In this document: piece by piece, positions 20,085 through 31,430 of the stretch
Numbering within the stretch: the stretch's first letter is position 1
How the letters are laid out: each line of letters opens with the position of its first letter
Source: an uncultured Sphingomonas sp.
GTDB lineage: Bacteria; Pseudomonadota; Alphaproteobacteria; Sphingomonadales; Sphingomonadaceae
Assembly: GCF_937871615.1 (NCBI RefSeq)
Contig: NZ_CALMPA010000059.1
Coordinates: 29,680 to 93,679, forward strand
Reading direction: 5' to 3'
DNA: 64,000 bases
Notes under the pieces: generated by a model
The model's database searches: none
What the model saw: the letters and a program-made list of their open reading frames with translations, nothing else
What the model was told of the DNA's origin: nothing
Made by a program: the position numbers and the translations under genes

Positions 20085-21107
20085 TCACACCTTCACGATT
20101 CCCATCTCGATCAAGCTGTTGGCGGTATCGACGATCGACTGCTCCTCATCCCGCGTCCGCCAGCCGAGCACCTTCGCGGTATGTTCGGGATCGACCGCGC
20201 GCACGCGGCCAAGCTCGCCGACCACCTGTTTGATGCTGCCGTCGAACAGCCCCATCAGCCGCACGACGAAATCGGGGATGCGTCGCTTGGGCACCTTGCG
20301 CGCCTTGTCGCCCAGCCGCGCGCGCAGCACCGCGCCGGCTTCCTCCATCATCATGAAGCGCCCACCGCCAAGGAAGCGTTCGCCATCCAGCCCCGGCGTT
20401 TCCAGCGCCAGCACATGGAGATCGGCGAGATCGCGCACATCGACCACCGCGAAGCCGATGCGCGGATAGCCGGGGATCGAGCCGTTGAGCAGCCGCTCGA
20501 CGATCTGGATCGAGGTGGAGAAATCCCCGCTCATCACCGGGCCGAGCACGGCGCTGGGATTGACCGAGCAGAATTCCATCCCCGCGCCGTTTTCGGCCAT
20601 CCAGTCGCGCGCGGCGCGTTCGGCGATCGTCTTTGATTTCGTATAAGGCGCAACGCCGGGTGCGTTCACGTCAGTCCACTCCTCCTCGGTGAAGGCGACG
20701 CCATTCGCCGGCGCATGGCCATAAGCGATCGCCGCCATCGAGGAGGTGAGCACGAAGCGTTTCACCCCGGCCGCTTTCGCAAAGCGCAGCGCGCGCAGCG
20801 CGCCATCGCGCGCGGGCGGGATCAGCATCTCGTCCGTCACCTTGCCCAGCGGAAAAGGCGAGGCGACATGCGCGACATGGCTGCATCCGGCCATCGCCTC
20901 GGCCCAGCCCGCGTCATGCTCCAGATCGGCGGCGAAGAAACGCAATCTGTCCGCCGGCACGCCCAGCGCGGCGCGGACTTCCGGCTCTTTCGCGAGGTTG
21001 CGGATTGTTGCATTCACGTTCCAGCCGCGCTCTGTGAGCCGCTGGATGAGGAAGCCAGCGATATAACCGCTGCCTCCGGTCACGAGCACGGTGCCAGCCA
21101 TTCGCAA
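20085..21107 (-). CDS. NAD(P)-dependent epimerase/dehydratase-family reductase (extended SDR)
   Basis: VTGGSGYIAGFL Rossmann motif and YTKSK catalytic YxxxK. 340 aa. Confidence 0.8.
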   Translation of the reverse strand: MRMAGTVLVTGGSGYIAGFLIQRLTERGWNVNATIRNLAKEPEVRAALGVPADRLRFFAADLEHDAGWAEAMAGCSHVAHVASPFPLGKVTDEMLIPPARDGALRALRFAKAAGVKRFVLTSSMAAIAYGHAPANGVAFTEEEWTDVNAPGVAPYTKSKTIAERAARDWMAENGAGMEFCSVNPSAVLGPVMSGDFSTSIQIVERLLNGSIPGYPRIGFAVVDVRDLADLHVLALETPGLDGERFLGGGRFMMMEEAGAVLRARLGDKARKVPKRRIPDFVVRLMGLFDGSIKQVVGELGRVRAVDPEHTAKVLGWRTRDEEQSIVDTANSLIEMGIVKV

Positions 21108-21221
21108 TCCTCTCCTGTCCGCGTCTCCTGCGCGGCGCGATGGGTTTTATAGCGAAACCGATGCACTGCCAAGTTGTCCCCCGGCGGCGGCGCGGTTACG
21201 GGGGCCGCGAAGGAGAGTCTG

Positions 21222-23159
<1,938 letters not shown>

Positions 23160-23296
23160 TCCTTCGAATCCCCCGATTCACCTTTCAGAAACATCTTTCG
23201 TCCAGGCTCGCCCTTGACGAATCGATTCGAATCGGTCCGGAATGGGGACAGCGGCGCGTAAACAGATGCCGCAAGCGTCCCGGGTCGGGGGGTCAG

Positions 23297-23530
23297 ATGG
23301 CTAAGCATGGTTCCGGCACACCACTTCCGCCGGAGGAGATTGAGCGCATTCTGTGGTCGGCGCGCCGCGCCGGCACGATCCTGATTCTCCCGCGCGAGCA
23401 GCCCCAGCCAACGATCGACGCCCTCACCGACGAAGGGCTGATCCGCCGCCAGCTCGGCCATATCGTGCTGACCCTGCAAGGCCAGGAACGCCGCCGCAAA
23501 TGCGCGCACTACATGGCGGCGATGGCGTAA
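23297..23530 (+). CDS. hypothetical small protein (77 aa)
   Basis: ATG 23297 lies within ORF 22958..23530. Third codon positions are GC-rich. I recognise no family. Confidence 0.35.
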   Translation: MAKHGSGTPLPPEEIERILWSARRAGTILILPREQPQPTIDALTDEGLIRRQLGHIVLTLQGQERRRKCAHYMAAMA

Positions 23531-23714
23531 GGGCGGGGCGAGTTAGCCCACTCACGTCTGCCGGCCTACCTCGGACAGCGTGAGCATTTGCTGGCCACAA
23601 CGATATCGCTCGGGGCTTGGGTCATCGCAATCATTGTGGGGCGGTGCAGCGGGTTTCACTGCAGTTGCGACCGTTCCCGATGCGCTATCCGGAGCCGTCG
23701 CCGCGACCGCTCGG

Positions 23715-24455
23715 TTACGCGCTCCACCCGCCATCAATATTGTATGTGGCTCCAGTGATGAAGCCAGCGTCCGGGGACGCGAGATAGGCAAGGAGACCGG
23801 CGACTTCGTCTGCCGTGCCGTGTCGGGGAATGGCCAGCGGTGTACGATTGGCGACGGCGTTAGGGCCATCCGCTGGATTGCGCTCCGTATCGATCGGCCC
23901 CGGCTGCACTAGGTTGGCCGTGATGCCTCGCGCCCCCAAATCGCGCGCCAAACCACGAGTCATACCTCCTAGCGCGGCTTTGCTCGCAGCATAGAGCGTT
24001 CCCCCGTCGCCGGGCATTCGGTCCGCTACGATGCTGCCGATCGTTATGATGCGCCCGCCTGCTTCCATCACGCTCGACGCCTTTTGGGCCGCAAGGAATG
24101 GCGCTCTGACGTTGAGCGCGAAGGTGCGATCGAAAGCGTCATCGGCATATGCGCCGAGCGGGCCGACGATTGCCATACCAGCGACATTCACCAAAACGTC
24201 CAGACGGCCAAAGTGCAATACCACTTTGTCGATCGCGTCGATAAGGGCGGCTGAATCGCCGACATCGGCTTGGACCATGCAAACCGCAGCCCCTTGAGCA
24301 ATCAGTTCGCTTCCAAGGCTCTCCGCCTCGGCGGAGCGACTCAGATAGACAATCGCGACTGACGCACCGTCTGATGCCATTCTTCGACTGATAGCCGCGC
24401 CGATCCCGCGCGTCCCACCGATCACAAGGGCGACCTTTCCAACTAGCGACCCCAT
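23715..24455 (-). CDS. SDR-family oxidoreductase (FabG-like)
   Basis: The start was moved to ATG 24455 (MGSLVGKVALVIGGTRGIGAAI). Catalytic YAASKAAL. Confidence 0.85.
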   Translation of the reverse strand: MGSLVGKVALVIGGTRGIGAAISRRMASDGASVAIVYLSRSAEAESLGSELIAQGAAVCMVQADVGDSAALIDAIDKVVLHFGRLDVLVNVAGMAIVGPLGAYADDAFDRTFALNVRAPFLAAQKASSVMEAGGRIITIGSIVADRMPGDGGTLYAASKAALGGMTRGLARDLGARGITANLVQPGPIDTERNPADGPNAVANRTPLAIPRHGTADEVAGLLAYLASPDAGFITGATYNIDGGWSA

Positions 24456-24579
24456 TCCATCTCCCGCTATCGGCTTGAGAATAGGGCAGCGTAGGCAGCA
24501 CAAGGGCGGCTTACCAGCACGGGTTTCCAGAGCCCGTCAAACCCGAACCCACCCAATTCACGCCGCCAGCCGCGCGCCA

Positions 24580-25230
24580 TCACTCCACCAGTCGCCGCAG
24601 GATCGCGGGCGCGACGATGGTGATCCGCCCATAACCCCGCCCAATCGCGCCACCCCGCTCCAGCGCGGCGAGGTGCGCGTTGGTCGCCTTGCGCGACAGG
24701 CCGCACATTTCCGCAAGGTCAGCCTGGCTCACCGCCGCCGCGCCCGCGCCGCCCAGCGCGAGCAGCCGCGCCGCGATGCGGCCGCGCGGGGGAAGCCCGA
24801 TCAGTTGCGCGGCGAGATGCACCATCGCGTCAAGCTGGCCGTAAACGAGTTCGCTCACCGCGCGCCACAGCAGCGGATGGTCCGCCGCGATGCGTTCCAG
24901 CGCGCTGTCCGCGATCAGCAGCACGGTCGCGCGGCGGGCGGCGCGCGCGGTGGCGATGCGCGGGCCGCCACCGCCGCGCCGCGACTGGCCGAACGCGCTT
25001 CCGGCGGGCGCGAGGTTGACCAGCACGTCGCGCTCGCTGCCCAGCGACGCTTCGATCCGGAGCGCGCCGTCGAGCACGAGGACCACGCCCGTTTCCTCAT
25101 CGCCCTCGCCATAGACCCACTGCCCCGCGCCCAGCCGCACGACGCGCCCCGCGCGCAGCAACGCCGCGCGCAACGACGCGGGCAGGTGCGCGAACCAGAT
25201 ACCGCGCAGCGCGAGGGCTTCGACATCCAT
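24580..25230 (-). CDS. Crp/Fnr-family transcriptional regulator
   Basis: It has a cNMP-binding-like N-terminus and a C-terminal HTH (SQADLAEMCGLSRKATNAHLAALE). ATG 25230 is preferred over 25260. Confidence 0.72.
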   Translation of the reverse strand: MDVEALALRGIWFAHLPASLRAALLRAGRVVRLGAGQWVYGEGDEETGVVLVLDGALRIEASLGSERDVLVNLAPAGSAFGQSRRGGGGPRIATARAARRATVLLIADSALERIAADHPLLWRAVSELVYGQLDAMVHLAAQLIGLPPRGRIAARLLALGGAGAAAVSQADLAEMCGLSRKATNAHLAALERGGAIGRGYGRITIVAPAILRRLVE

Positions 25231-25238
25231 CGCATGAA

Positions 25239-25254
25239 TGTAACCAAGGTGACA
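25239..25254. promoter_or_regulatory. CRP-like half-palindrome TGTAA-N6-TGACA
   Basis: TGTAACCAAGGTGACA matches TGTGA-N6-TCACA at 8 of 10 positions. It lies in the crp/tauD divergent region, centred about 58 nt upstream of the tauD-like ATG. Confidence 0.3.
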
Positions 25255-25304
25255 TTCCATTGCCAGCGCCCGCGATAGAATGCGCGCAACAAGGAGAGGA
25301 TGTG

Positions 25305-26138
25305 ATGAGCGACGTACATTTCCGCCCGCTGGCCGATCATGTCGGCGTCGAGGCGCTCGATATTGATCTGAACGCGATCGACGACGCCGCGTTCGGCGCG
25401 TTGCGCGGCGCGGTGGCCGATCACGGCATCCTGTTCGTCCGCGATCAGCAGCTTACGCCCGAACAGCATATCGCCTTCGCGCGGCGCTGGGGCGATATCG
25501 ACGTCAACAATTATTTCCCCGCCAACGGCAGCTATCCCGAGATCGCCGAGGTCCGCAAATCGGAGACGCAGACCACCAATATCGGCGGCGGCTGGCATAC
25601 CGATCACACTTACGATCAGGTGCCGGCGATGGGCTCGATCCTGCTCGCGCGGGAAACCCCGCCGACCGGCGGCGACACCTTGTTCGCCAGCATGGGCGCG
25701 GCGTTCGATGCGCTGTCCGACGGGCTGAAGCAGACGTTGCGCGGGCTGCGCGCGGTCCATTCGGCGGATCATATCTACAGCGCCGACGGCATTTACGCGC
25801 AGACCGATCAGGCCGCCGATCTCAAGGGCCATGATATCCACACCCACGCCGTCCATCCCGTCGCGCTGCGCCATCCGCGCACGGGCCGCGAACTGCTGTA
25901 CGTCAACCCGGCGTTCACGCTGCATTTCGAAGGCTGGACGCGCGAGGAAAGTATGCCGCTGCTGCAATATCTCTACAGCGTGGCGATGCGACCGGAATTT
26001 CACTGCCGTGTGCAATGGGCGCCCGGCTCGATCGCGGTGTGGGACAATCGCTCCACCTGGCATTATGCGATGAACGATTATCAGGGGCACCGCCGGCTGA
26101 TGCACCGTATCACGATCGCGGGAGAACCACTGGAATAA
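25305..26138 (+). CDS. TauD/TfdA-family Fe(II)/2-oxoglutarate dioxygenase
   Basis: ATG 25305 is preceded by AAGGAGAGGA. The HxD iron ligands lie in WHTDHTYD. 277 aa. Confidence 0.85.
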   Translation: MSDVHFRPLADHVGVEALDIDLNAIDDAAFGALRGAVADHGILFVRDQQLTPEQHIAFARRWGDIDVNNYFPANGSYPEIAEVRKSETQTTNIGGGWHTDHTYDQVPAMGSILLARETPPTGGDTLFASMGAAFDALSDGLKQTLRGLRAVHSADHIYSADGIYAQTDQAADLKGHDIHTHAVHPVALRHPRTGRELLYVNPAFTLHFEGWTREESMPLLQYLYSVAMRPEFHCRVQWAPGSIAVWDNRSTWHYAMNDYQGHRRLMHRITIAGEPLE

Positions 26139-26278
26139 GCGGGGAAAGACCTACGTAATTCCCCCAATCAACACCGTGCCCGCGATGGGATATCGTTTCG
26201 CCTTCGTAAATGCGTGCGTGAAACCATATTCGCTTCGCGGGCGCTGATGCTGGCATCAATCCCCCGCCGAGCGGGAGA

Positions 26279-26740
26279 ATGACGATGATCCGCAAATCCT
26301 CATATCTGCTGGCCGGCATCGCCGGCGCCCTTTGCGTGACCGCCGCGACCGCCAAGCAATGGGTCGATTATTCACCGGCCAAGGGCTTTTGGGAGATCAA
26401 CGCGATCGAATGCGATCCCAATCATGTCGACGATTATCTCACCGGGCTGCGCCGCACCCAGGCGCCCGTTTTCGAGGCGCTGAAACGCCGCGGGCTGATC
26501 GACGATTATAAATTCCTCACCCGCAACGGCTATGTGAAGAATTCGCCGAGCGTCGTCATCATGGCGCATTTCACCAGCGCCGACGCGATGGAGCCGAACA
26601 AGGCGCGCGACGAAGCGATCGAGAAGGAAATCACCGCCGGCATGAGCGAGGCCGACGCCAAGGCCGCCGTCTCCGGCTATGAGAAATATCGCACCTTCAT
26701 CGACGATGCGACCTATCAGGAAGTGCGGTTCGCCAAATAG
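26279..26740 (+). CDS. secreted hypothetical protein
   Basis: Signal peptide M(TM)IRKSSYLLAGIAGALCVTAATA. ATG 26285 has better spacing to GGGAGA than ATG 26279. I recognise no family. Confidence 0.55.
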   Translation: MTMIRKSSYLLAGIAGALCVTAATAKQWVDYSPAKGFWEINAIECDPNHVDDYLTGLRRTQAPVFEALKRRGLIDDYKFLTRNGYVKNSPSVVIMAHFTSADAMEPNKARDEAIEKEITAGMSEADAKAAVSGYEKYRTFIDDATYQEVRFAK

Positions 26741-26758
26741 CGCGCTCCCGCCCGCCCG

Positions 26759-27982
26759 TCACAGCCGGTCGAAGTCGATCGGCGTGTGGCGGTCGAGCGT
26801 GCGCGGCGCTTCCGGCATCGGATATTTGAGCCCGGTGGCGCAGTTGAACAGCACGACCTCCTCATCCGCATCGACCTCGCCGTCGCGCAGCGCCTGGCGA
26901 TAGGCGGCGAGCGTCGCGCCGCCTTCGGGGCAGAGCAGCAGCCCGTCCTTGCGCGCGCAATCGTCCACCGCCCGCAGGATCGCGGGATCGCCGACCGCGA
27001 GCGCCTTGCCGCCGCTTTCGCGCACCGCGCGCAGGATCAGGAAATCGCCCACCGCGCGCGGCACGCGGATGCCCGCGGCGACGGTATGCGCATCCTCCCA
27101 ACGCTCGGCATGTTCCTCACCCGCCTCGAACGCGCGCACCATCGGCGCGCAACCCGCCGCCTGCACGGCATACATGCGCGGTCGCTCGCTGCCGATCCAG
27201 CCGAGCCGCTCCAGCTCGTCGAACGCCTTCCACATGCCGATAAGGCCGGTGCCGCCGCCGGTGGGATAGAAGATCGCCCTGGGCAGCCGCCAGCCGAGTT
27301 GCGCGGCCAGTTCCAGCCCCATCGTCTTCTTGCCCTCGATCCGATACGGCTCCTTGAGCGTCGAGAAATCGAACCAGCGCCCCTCGCCCGCGCCCTTGCC
27401 GACGATCGCGCCGCAATCGTCGATCAGGCCGTTGACGCGCCACACCCGCGCGCCCTGCGCCGCGATTTCGCGGACGTTCACTTCCGGCGTATCCTCCGGG
27501 CAGAACACGATCGTCTCGATCCCCACGCGCGTGGCATAGGCCGCGAGCGCCGCGCCGGCATTGCCGTTGGTCGGCATGGCGATGCGGGTGACGCCAAGCT
27601 CCTTCGCCATCGCCACCGCCATCACCAGCCCGCGCGCCTTGAAGCTGCCGGTCGGCAATCGCCCCTCGTCCTTCACCAGCACGTTCGCGCCGCCGCTCGC
27701 CGCGATCGGCACCAGCGGCGTTTCGACCTCGCCGAGGCTCACCACATTTTCCGTCCGTCGCACCGGCAGCAATTCGCGCCAGCGCCACAGATCGGTTTCG
27801 CGTGCGGAAAGCGTATCACGGCTGAGCGCCGCCTTCACGCCCGCGAGATCGTAGCGCACCAGCAAGGGCCGGCCTGCGCGCGACAGGCCGTGGAGCTGAT
27901 CCGCCTCGTAACGCTCGCCGGTCAGCGAGCATTCGAGATGCGTGACGAAGGTTGGCCGGTCAGCCGTGAGGTTCGCGTTCAT
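26759..27982 (-). CDS. threonine synthase-family PLP-dependent enzyme
   Basis: 407 aa. PLP-lysine motif TGSFKARG and glycine loop PTGGGTG. Confidence 0.8.
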   Translation of the reverse strand: MNANLTADRPTFVTHLECSLTGERYEADQLHGLSRAGRPLLVRYDLAGVKAALSRDTLSARETDLWRWRELLPVRRTENVVSLGEVETPLVPIAASGGANVLVKDEGRLPTGSFKARGLVMAVAMAKELGVTRIAMPTNGNAGAALAAYATRVGIETIVFCPEDTPEVNVREIAAQGARVWRVNGLIDDCGAIVGKGAGEGRWFDFSTLKEPYRIEGKKTMGLELAAQLGWRLPRAIFYPTGGGTGLIGMWKAFDELERLGWIGSERPRMYAVQAAGCAPMVRAFEAGEEHAERWEDAHTVAAGIRVPRAVGDFLILRAVRESGGKALAVGDPAILRAVDDCARKDGLLLCPEGGATLAAYRQALRDGEVDADEEVVLFNCATGLKYPMPEAPRTLDRHTPIDFDRL

Positions 27983-28024
27983 CCGGCCAATACCCCTTTT
28001 TTGAGAATTCGTGGGAAAGCGCGC

Positions 28025-28567
28025 TCAGCCGGCGGCCTTGGCGACACCGACCAGCGCCGGACGCAGCAGCCGATCGCGGATCATCCAGCCCGATTGCATT
28101 TCCTGCACGATCGAGCCGGGCGCGGCATCGGTCGAGGGAATCTCGACCATCGCCTGATGCCGGTTGGGATCGAGCTGCTCGCCCAGCGCGTTGATCCGGG
28201 TGATGCCGTGGCGCTGGAACACATTGGCCAGTTCGCGCATCGTCGCCTCCAGCCCGGCGACGAGGCCCTTGAGCTTTTCATCCTCGCGCAGTTCCGCCGG
28301 GATCGCCGCCAACCCGCGCTCCATATTGTCGCTCACCGACAGGATATCGCGCGCGAAGCTGGTCGCGGCATAGGCGCGCGCGTCGGCGGCGTCCTTTTCC
28401 GCGCGGCGGCGCACATTCTGCACCTCCGCCTGCGCATAAAGCGCCTGCTGCTTCGCCTCTGCGAGCGCGGCCTCCAGTTCGCTGGCGCGATCGTGCTCCG
28501 CCACTTCGGGCGCCGCCTCGGCGGTTTCGTCGCGCAGGTTCTCGGTCGTATTCTCGTCGGTCATCAT
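28025..28567 (-). CDS. grpE: nucleotide exchange factor GrpE
   Basis: 180 aa. It has an acidic N-terminus, a coiled coil and GrpE C-terminal motifs (FDPNRHQAM, GWMIRDRLLRPALV). Confidence 0.92.
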   Translation of the reverse strand: MMTDENTTENLRDETAEAAPEVAEHDRASELEAALAEAKQQALYAQAEVQNVRRRAEKDAADARAYAATSFARDILSVSDNMERGLAAIPAELREDEKLKGLVAGLEATMRELANVFQRHGITRINALGEQLDPNRHQAMVEIPSTDAAPGSIVQEMQSGWMIRDRLLRPALVGVAKAAG

Positions 28568-28586
28568 ATTCCTGTCTGTTGGCGGC

Positions 28587-29630
28587 TCACCCGATCAGGC
28601 GGGCGAGCGTTGCTGCCGTGAAATCCACCATGGGCACGACGCGCGCGTAGTTCAACCGGGTCGGGCCGATCACGCCCACCACGCCGACGACGCGGCCATC
28701 CTGCCCGCGAAACGGTTTGGCGATCACGGAGGATCCGGAAAGCGCGAACAATTTCGTCTCCGCGCCGATGAAGATGCGCGTGGCATCGCCCGCGCGCGCC
28801 GAATCGAGCAGCGCGGCGATCTCCTGTTTGCCCTCCAGATCGTCGAGCAGATCGCGCACCCGCTCCAGATCGGCGGCGGCGGCATCGTCGAGCAGCCGCC
28901 CCTGCCCGCGCACGATCAGCACCGCGCGGCGCCCGCCATCCTCGCTCCACACCGCGATGCCGCGCTGGATCAGCGCCTGCGCGGTCGCGTCGAGCGCGGC
29001 CTGGCCGGCGGCAAGCTCATGCTCGATCCGCGCGCGCGCCTGCGCCAGCGTAAGGCCCGCGAGCTTGGCGGACATGTAATTCCCCGCCTCGATCAGCGCG
29101 GACGGGCCGACGCCGGGCGGCAGATCAATCACGCGATTTTCCACCGCGCCATCCTCGCTCACCAGCACCGCCAGCGCCTGGGTGGGCGACAATGGCACGA
29201 AGCCGATCGAGCGCAGCACCTGTTCATGCTTGGGCACCATCACCAGCCCGGCGCAGGCGGACAGCCCGGAAAGCGCGGCGGTGGTGGCGGCCAGCGCCTC
29301 CTCAACCGGGCCGCCGGCGGCGGCGCGCGCCTCGATCGCGGCGCGCTCCTCGCGGCTTGGTTCGGAAACCTGCATCATGCCATCGACGAACAGCCTGAGG
29401 CCAAGCTCGGTCGGCATCCGCCCGGCGGAGGTGTGCGGCGCGGCGAGCAGCCCGACCGTCTCTAGCTGCGCGAGCACGCTGCGGATCGACGCGGGAGAGA
29501 GGTTCAGCCCCGCCTGCGCCAAAGTGCGCGATCCCACCGGCGCGCCGCTCTCCAGATAGCTGTCGACCACGCGGCGGAAGATATCCCGCGCGCGATCGCT
29601 CAGTTCGGAAACGGGGGTGGCGGCGGTCAT
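28587..29630 (-). CDS. hrcA: heat-inducible transcription repressor HrcA
   Basis: 347 aa. N-terminal winged helix (LSDRARDIFRRVVDSYLESGAPVGSRTL). It lies immediately upstream of grpE. Confidence 0.92.
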   Translation of the reverse strand: MTAATPVSELSDRARDIFRRVVDSYLESGAPVGSRTLAQAGLNLSPASIRSVLAQLETVGLLAAPHTSAGRMPTELGLRLFVDGMMQVSEPSREERAAIEARAAAGGPVEEALAATTAALSGLSACAGLVMVPKHEQVLRSIGFVPLSPTQALAVLVSEDGAVENRVIDLPPGVGPSALIEAGNYMSAKLAGLTLAQARARIEHELAAGQAALDATAQALIQRGIAVWSEDGGRRAVLIVRGQGRLLDDAAAADLERVRDLLDDLEGKQEIAALLDSARAGDATRIFIGAETKLFALSGSSVIAKPFRGQDGRVVGVVGVIGPTRLNYARVVPMVDFTAATLARLIG

Positions 29631-29682
29631 TGTGGAGGGATGTAGGCGTGTGGGGGCGATCGCTCAACCGCACCGCACTTCC

Positions 29683-29704
29683 TCCCTCCCTTGAAAGGGA
29701 GGGG
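29683..29704 (-). terminator. hairpin just after the ald stop
   Basis: tCCCTCCC-ttgaaa-GGGAGGGg. It is the same C/G-run hairpin type as 8664-8691. Confidence 0.35.
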
Positions 29705-29714
29705 AGCGGAGAGT

Positions 29715-30797
29715 TCAAAACCCCAATGTCTGCGCCACCACCGCGCTGACGATCCGCCCCTTGTCGACGTTCAGCCCCTCCTTCAGCCCCGGATCGTCAT
29801 CCAGCGCCCCCAGCCCCTTCGCCGCGAGCGCAAGGCCATAAGGCAAGGTCGCGTTATTGAGCGCATAGCTCGATGTCAGCGGCACCGCGCCCGGCATGTT
29901 CGCCACGCAATAATGGATCACGCCGTCCACCTCATAAGTCGGGTCGGCATGGGTGGTGGGGTGCGATGTCTCGAAACAGCCGCCCTGGTCGATCGCGACA
30001 TCGACCAGCACGGCGCGCGGCTTCATCAGGGCGAGCATCGCGCGCGTCACCAGCTTCGGCGCGGCGGCGCCCGGTACCAGCACCGCGCCGATCACGACAT
30101 CGGCGGTGGCGAGCGCCTCCTCGATCGCGGCGATGGTGGAGAAATGCGTATCCACCCGCCCGTGGAACATGTCGTCGAGCTGGCGCAACCGGCGCAGCGA
30201 GCGATCGAAGATGCTGACATGCGCACCCATCCCCGCCGCCACCCGCGCGGCATGGGTGCCGACCACCCCGCCGCCCAGGATCACCACATTGGCCGGCGGC
30301 ACCCCCGGCACCCCGCCGAGCAGCAGGCCGCGCCCACCCGATACGGCGCGCAGCGCAGCCGCCCCCGCCTCGATCGACAGCCGCCCGGCCACCTCGCTCA
30401 TCGGCGCGAGCAGGGGCAGCCCCCCGGAACGGTCAGTCACCGTCTCATAGGCGATCGCGCTGACGCCGGACGCCATCAGCCCGCGCGCCTGATCGGGATC
30501 GGGGGCGAGGTGGAGATAGGTGAACAGAATCTGCCCCTCGCGCAATTGCACCCATTCGTGCGGCTGCGGCTCCTTCACCTTCACCACCATCTCGGCGCGC
30601 GCGAACACCTCCTGCGGCGTGGCGACGATCTCCGCGCCCGATTGCGCGTAAACCTCGTCGCCCGCGCCGATCCCGGCCCCCCCGCCGGTTTCCACGATCA
30701 CCTGGTGCCCGTGGTGGCGATATTCGCGCACCGCGCCCGGCGTCAACCCGACGCGGAATTCGTTGTTCTTGATCTCGCGCGGAACGCCCACCAGCAT
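29715..30797 (-). CDS. ald: alanine dehydrogenase
   Basis: ORF 29715..31250. The start was moved to ATG 30797 (AGGAG upstream). MLVGVPREIKNNEFRVGLTP and NAD motif VILGGGVVG. Confidence 0.9.
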   Translation of the reverse strand: MLVGVPREIKNNEFRVGLTPGAVREYRHHGHQVIVETGGGAGIGAGDEVYAQSGAEIVATPQEVFARAEMVVKVKEPQPHEWVQLREGQILFTYLHLAPDPDQARGLMASGVSAIAYETVTDRSGGLPLLAPMSEVAGRLSIEAGAAALRAVSGGRGLLLGGVPGVPPANVVILGGGVVGTHAARVAAGMGAHVSIFDRSLRRLRQLDDMFHGRVDTHFSTIAAIEEALATADVVIGAVLVPGAAAPKLVTRAMLALMKPRAVLVDVAIDQGGCFETSHPTTHADPTYEVDGVIHYCVANMPGAVPLTSSYALNNATLPYGLALAAKGLGALDDDPGLKEGLNVDKGRIVSAVVAQTLGF

Positions 30798-30932
30798 CGG
30801 GAATCTCCTGTTCGTCATCCGTGCTATACAACCAGCGGATGGGGGAATCGCGCCAAATTCCACCGCCGGAACGATTGGGCGCGCATAATATCCGTTGATC
30901 GCCCCGCCGCGCGGTGCGACCTTTAGACGGCG

Positions 30933-31430
30933 ATGACCCAGACCAGCACCGCCCGAACGGATAGCCCGTCCGCCGCCCATGCGGACGCGATCGCGCGCTT
31001 CCTGGGTGATCGCGCGCCGCGTCGCGACGCGCTGTTGCCGCTGCTCCATGCGTTGCAGGCGGAGTTCGGCCATATCGACGAGGCGATGATCGCGCCGGTC
31101 GCCGCCGCGCTCAACCTCAGCCGCGCGGACGTGCACGGCGTCGTCACCTTCTATCACGATTTCCGCCGCACGCCCGCTGGCCGACACGTCATCCGCCTGT
31201 GCCGCGCGGAAAGCTGCCAGGCGCGCGGCGGCGCGGCGATCGAGCGCCACGCGACCGGGCGGCTCGGGCTTGGCATGGGCGAGACGAGCGCGGACGGCCG
31301 CGTGACGATCGAGCCGGTCTATTGCCTCGGCCTGTGCGCGAGCGGCCCCAATGCGCTGGTCGACGGGCGCCCCGTCTCGCGCCTCGACGCCGCGAAGATC
31401 GAGCGGATCGCGACGGAGTGGCTCGCATGA
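30933..31430 (+). CDS. fdsG: NAD-dependent formate dehydrogenase gamma subunit (NuoE-like 2Fe-2S)
   Basis: 165 aa. Cys ligands in CRAESCQARG and CLGLCASGP. Confidence 0.8.
   Translation: MTQTSTARTDSPSAAHADAIARFLGDRAPRRDALLPLLHALQAEFGHIDEAMIAPVAAALNLSRADVHGVVTFYHDFRRTPAGRHVIRLCRAESCQARGGAAIERHATGRLGLGMGETSADGRVTIEPVYCLGLCASGPNALVDGRPVSRLDAAKIERIATEWLA

Noticed and set aside
29631-29714. A CIRCE operator (TTAGCACTC-N9-GAGTGCTAA) upstream of hrcA.
   Set aside because: No such inverted repeat is present. The only hairpin here is the C/G-run stem that follows the ald stop.
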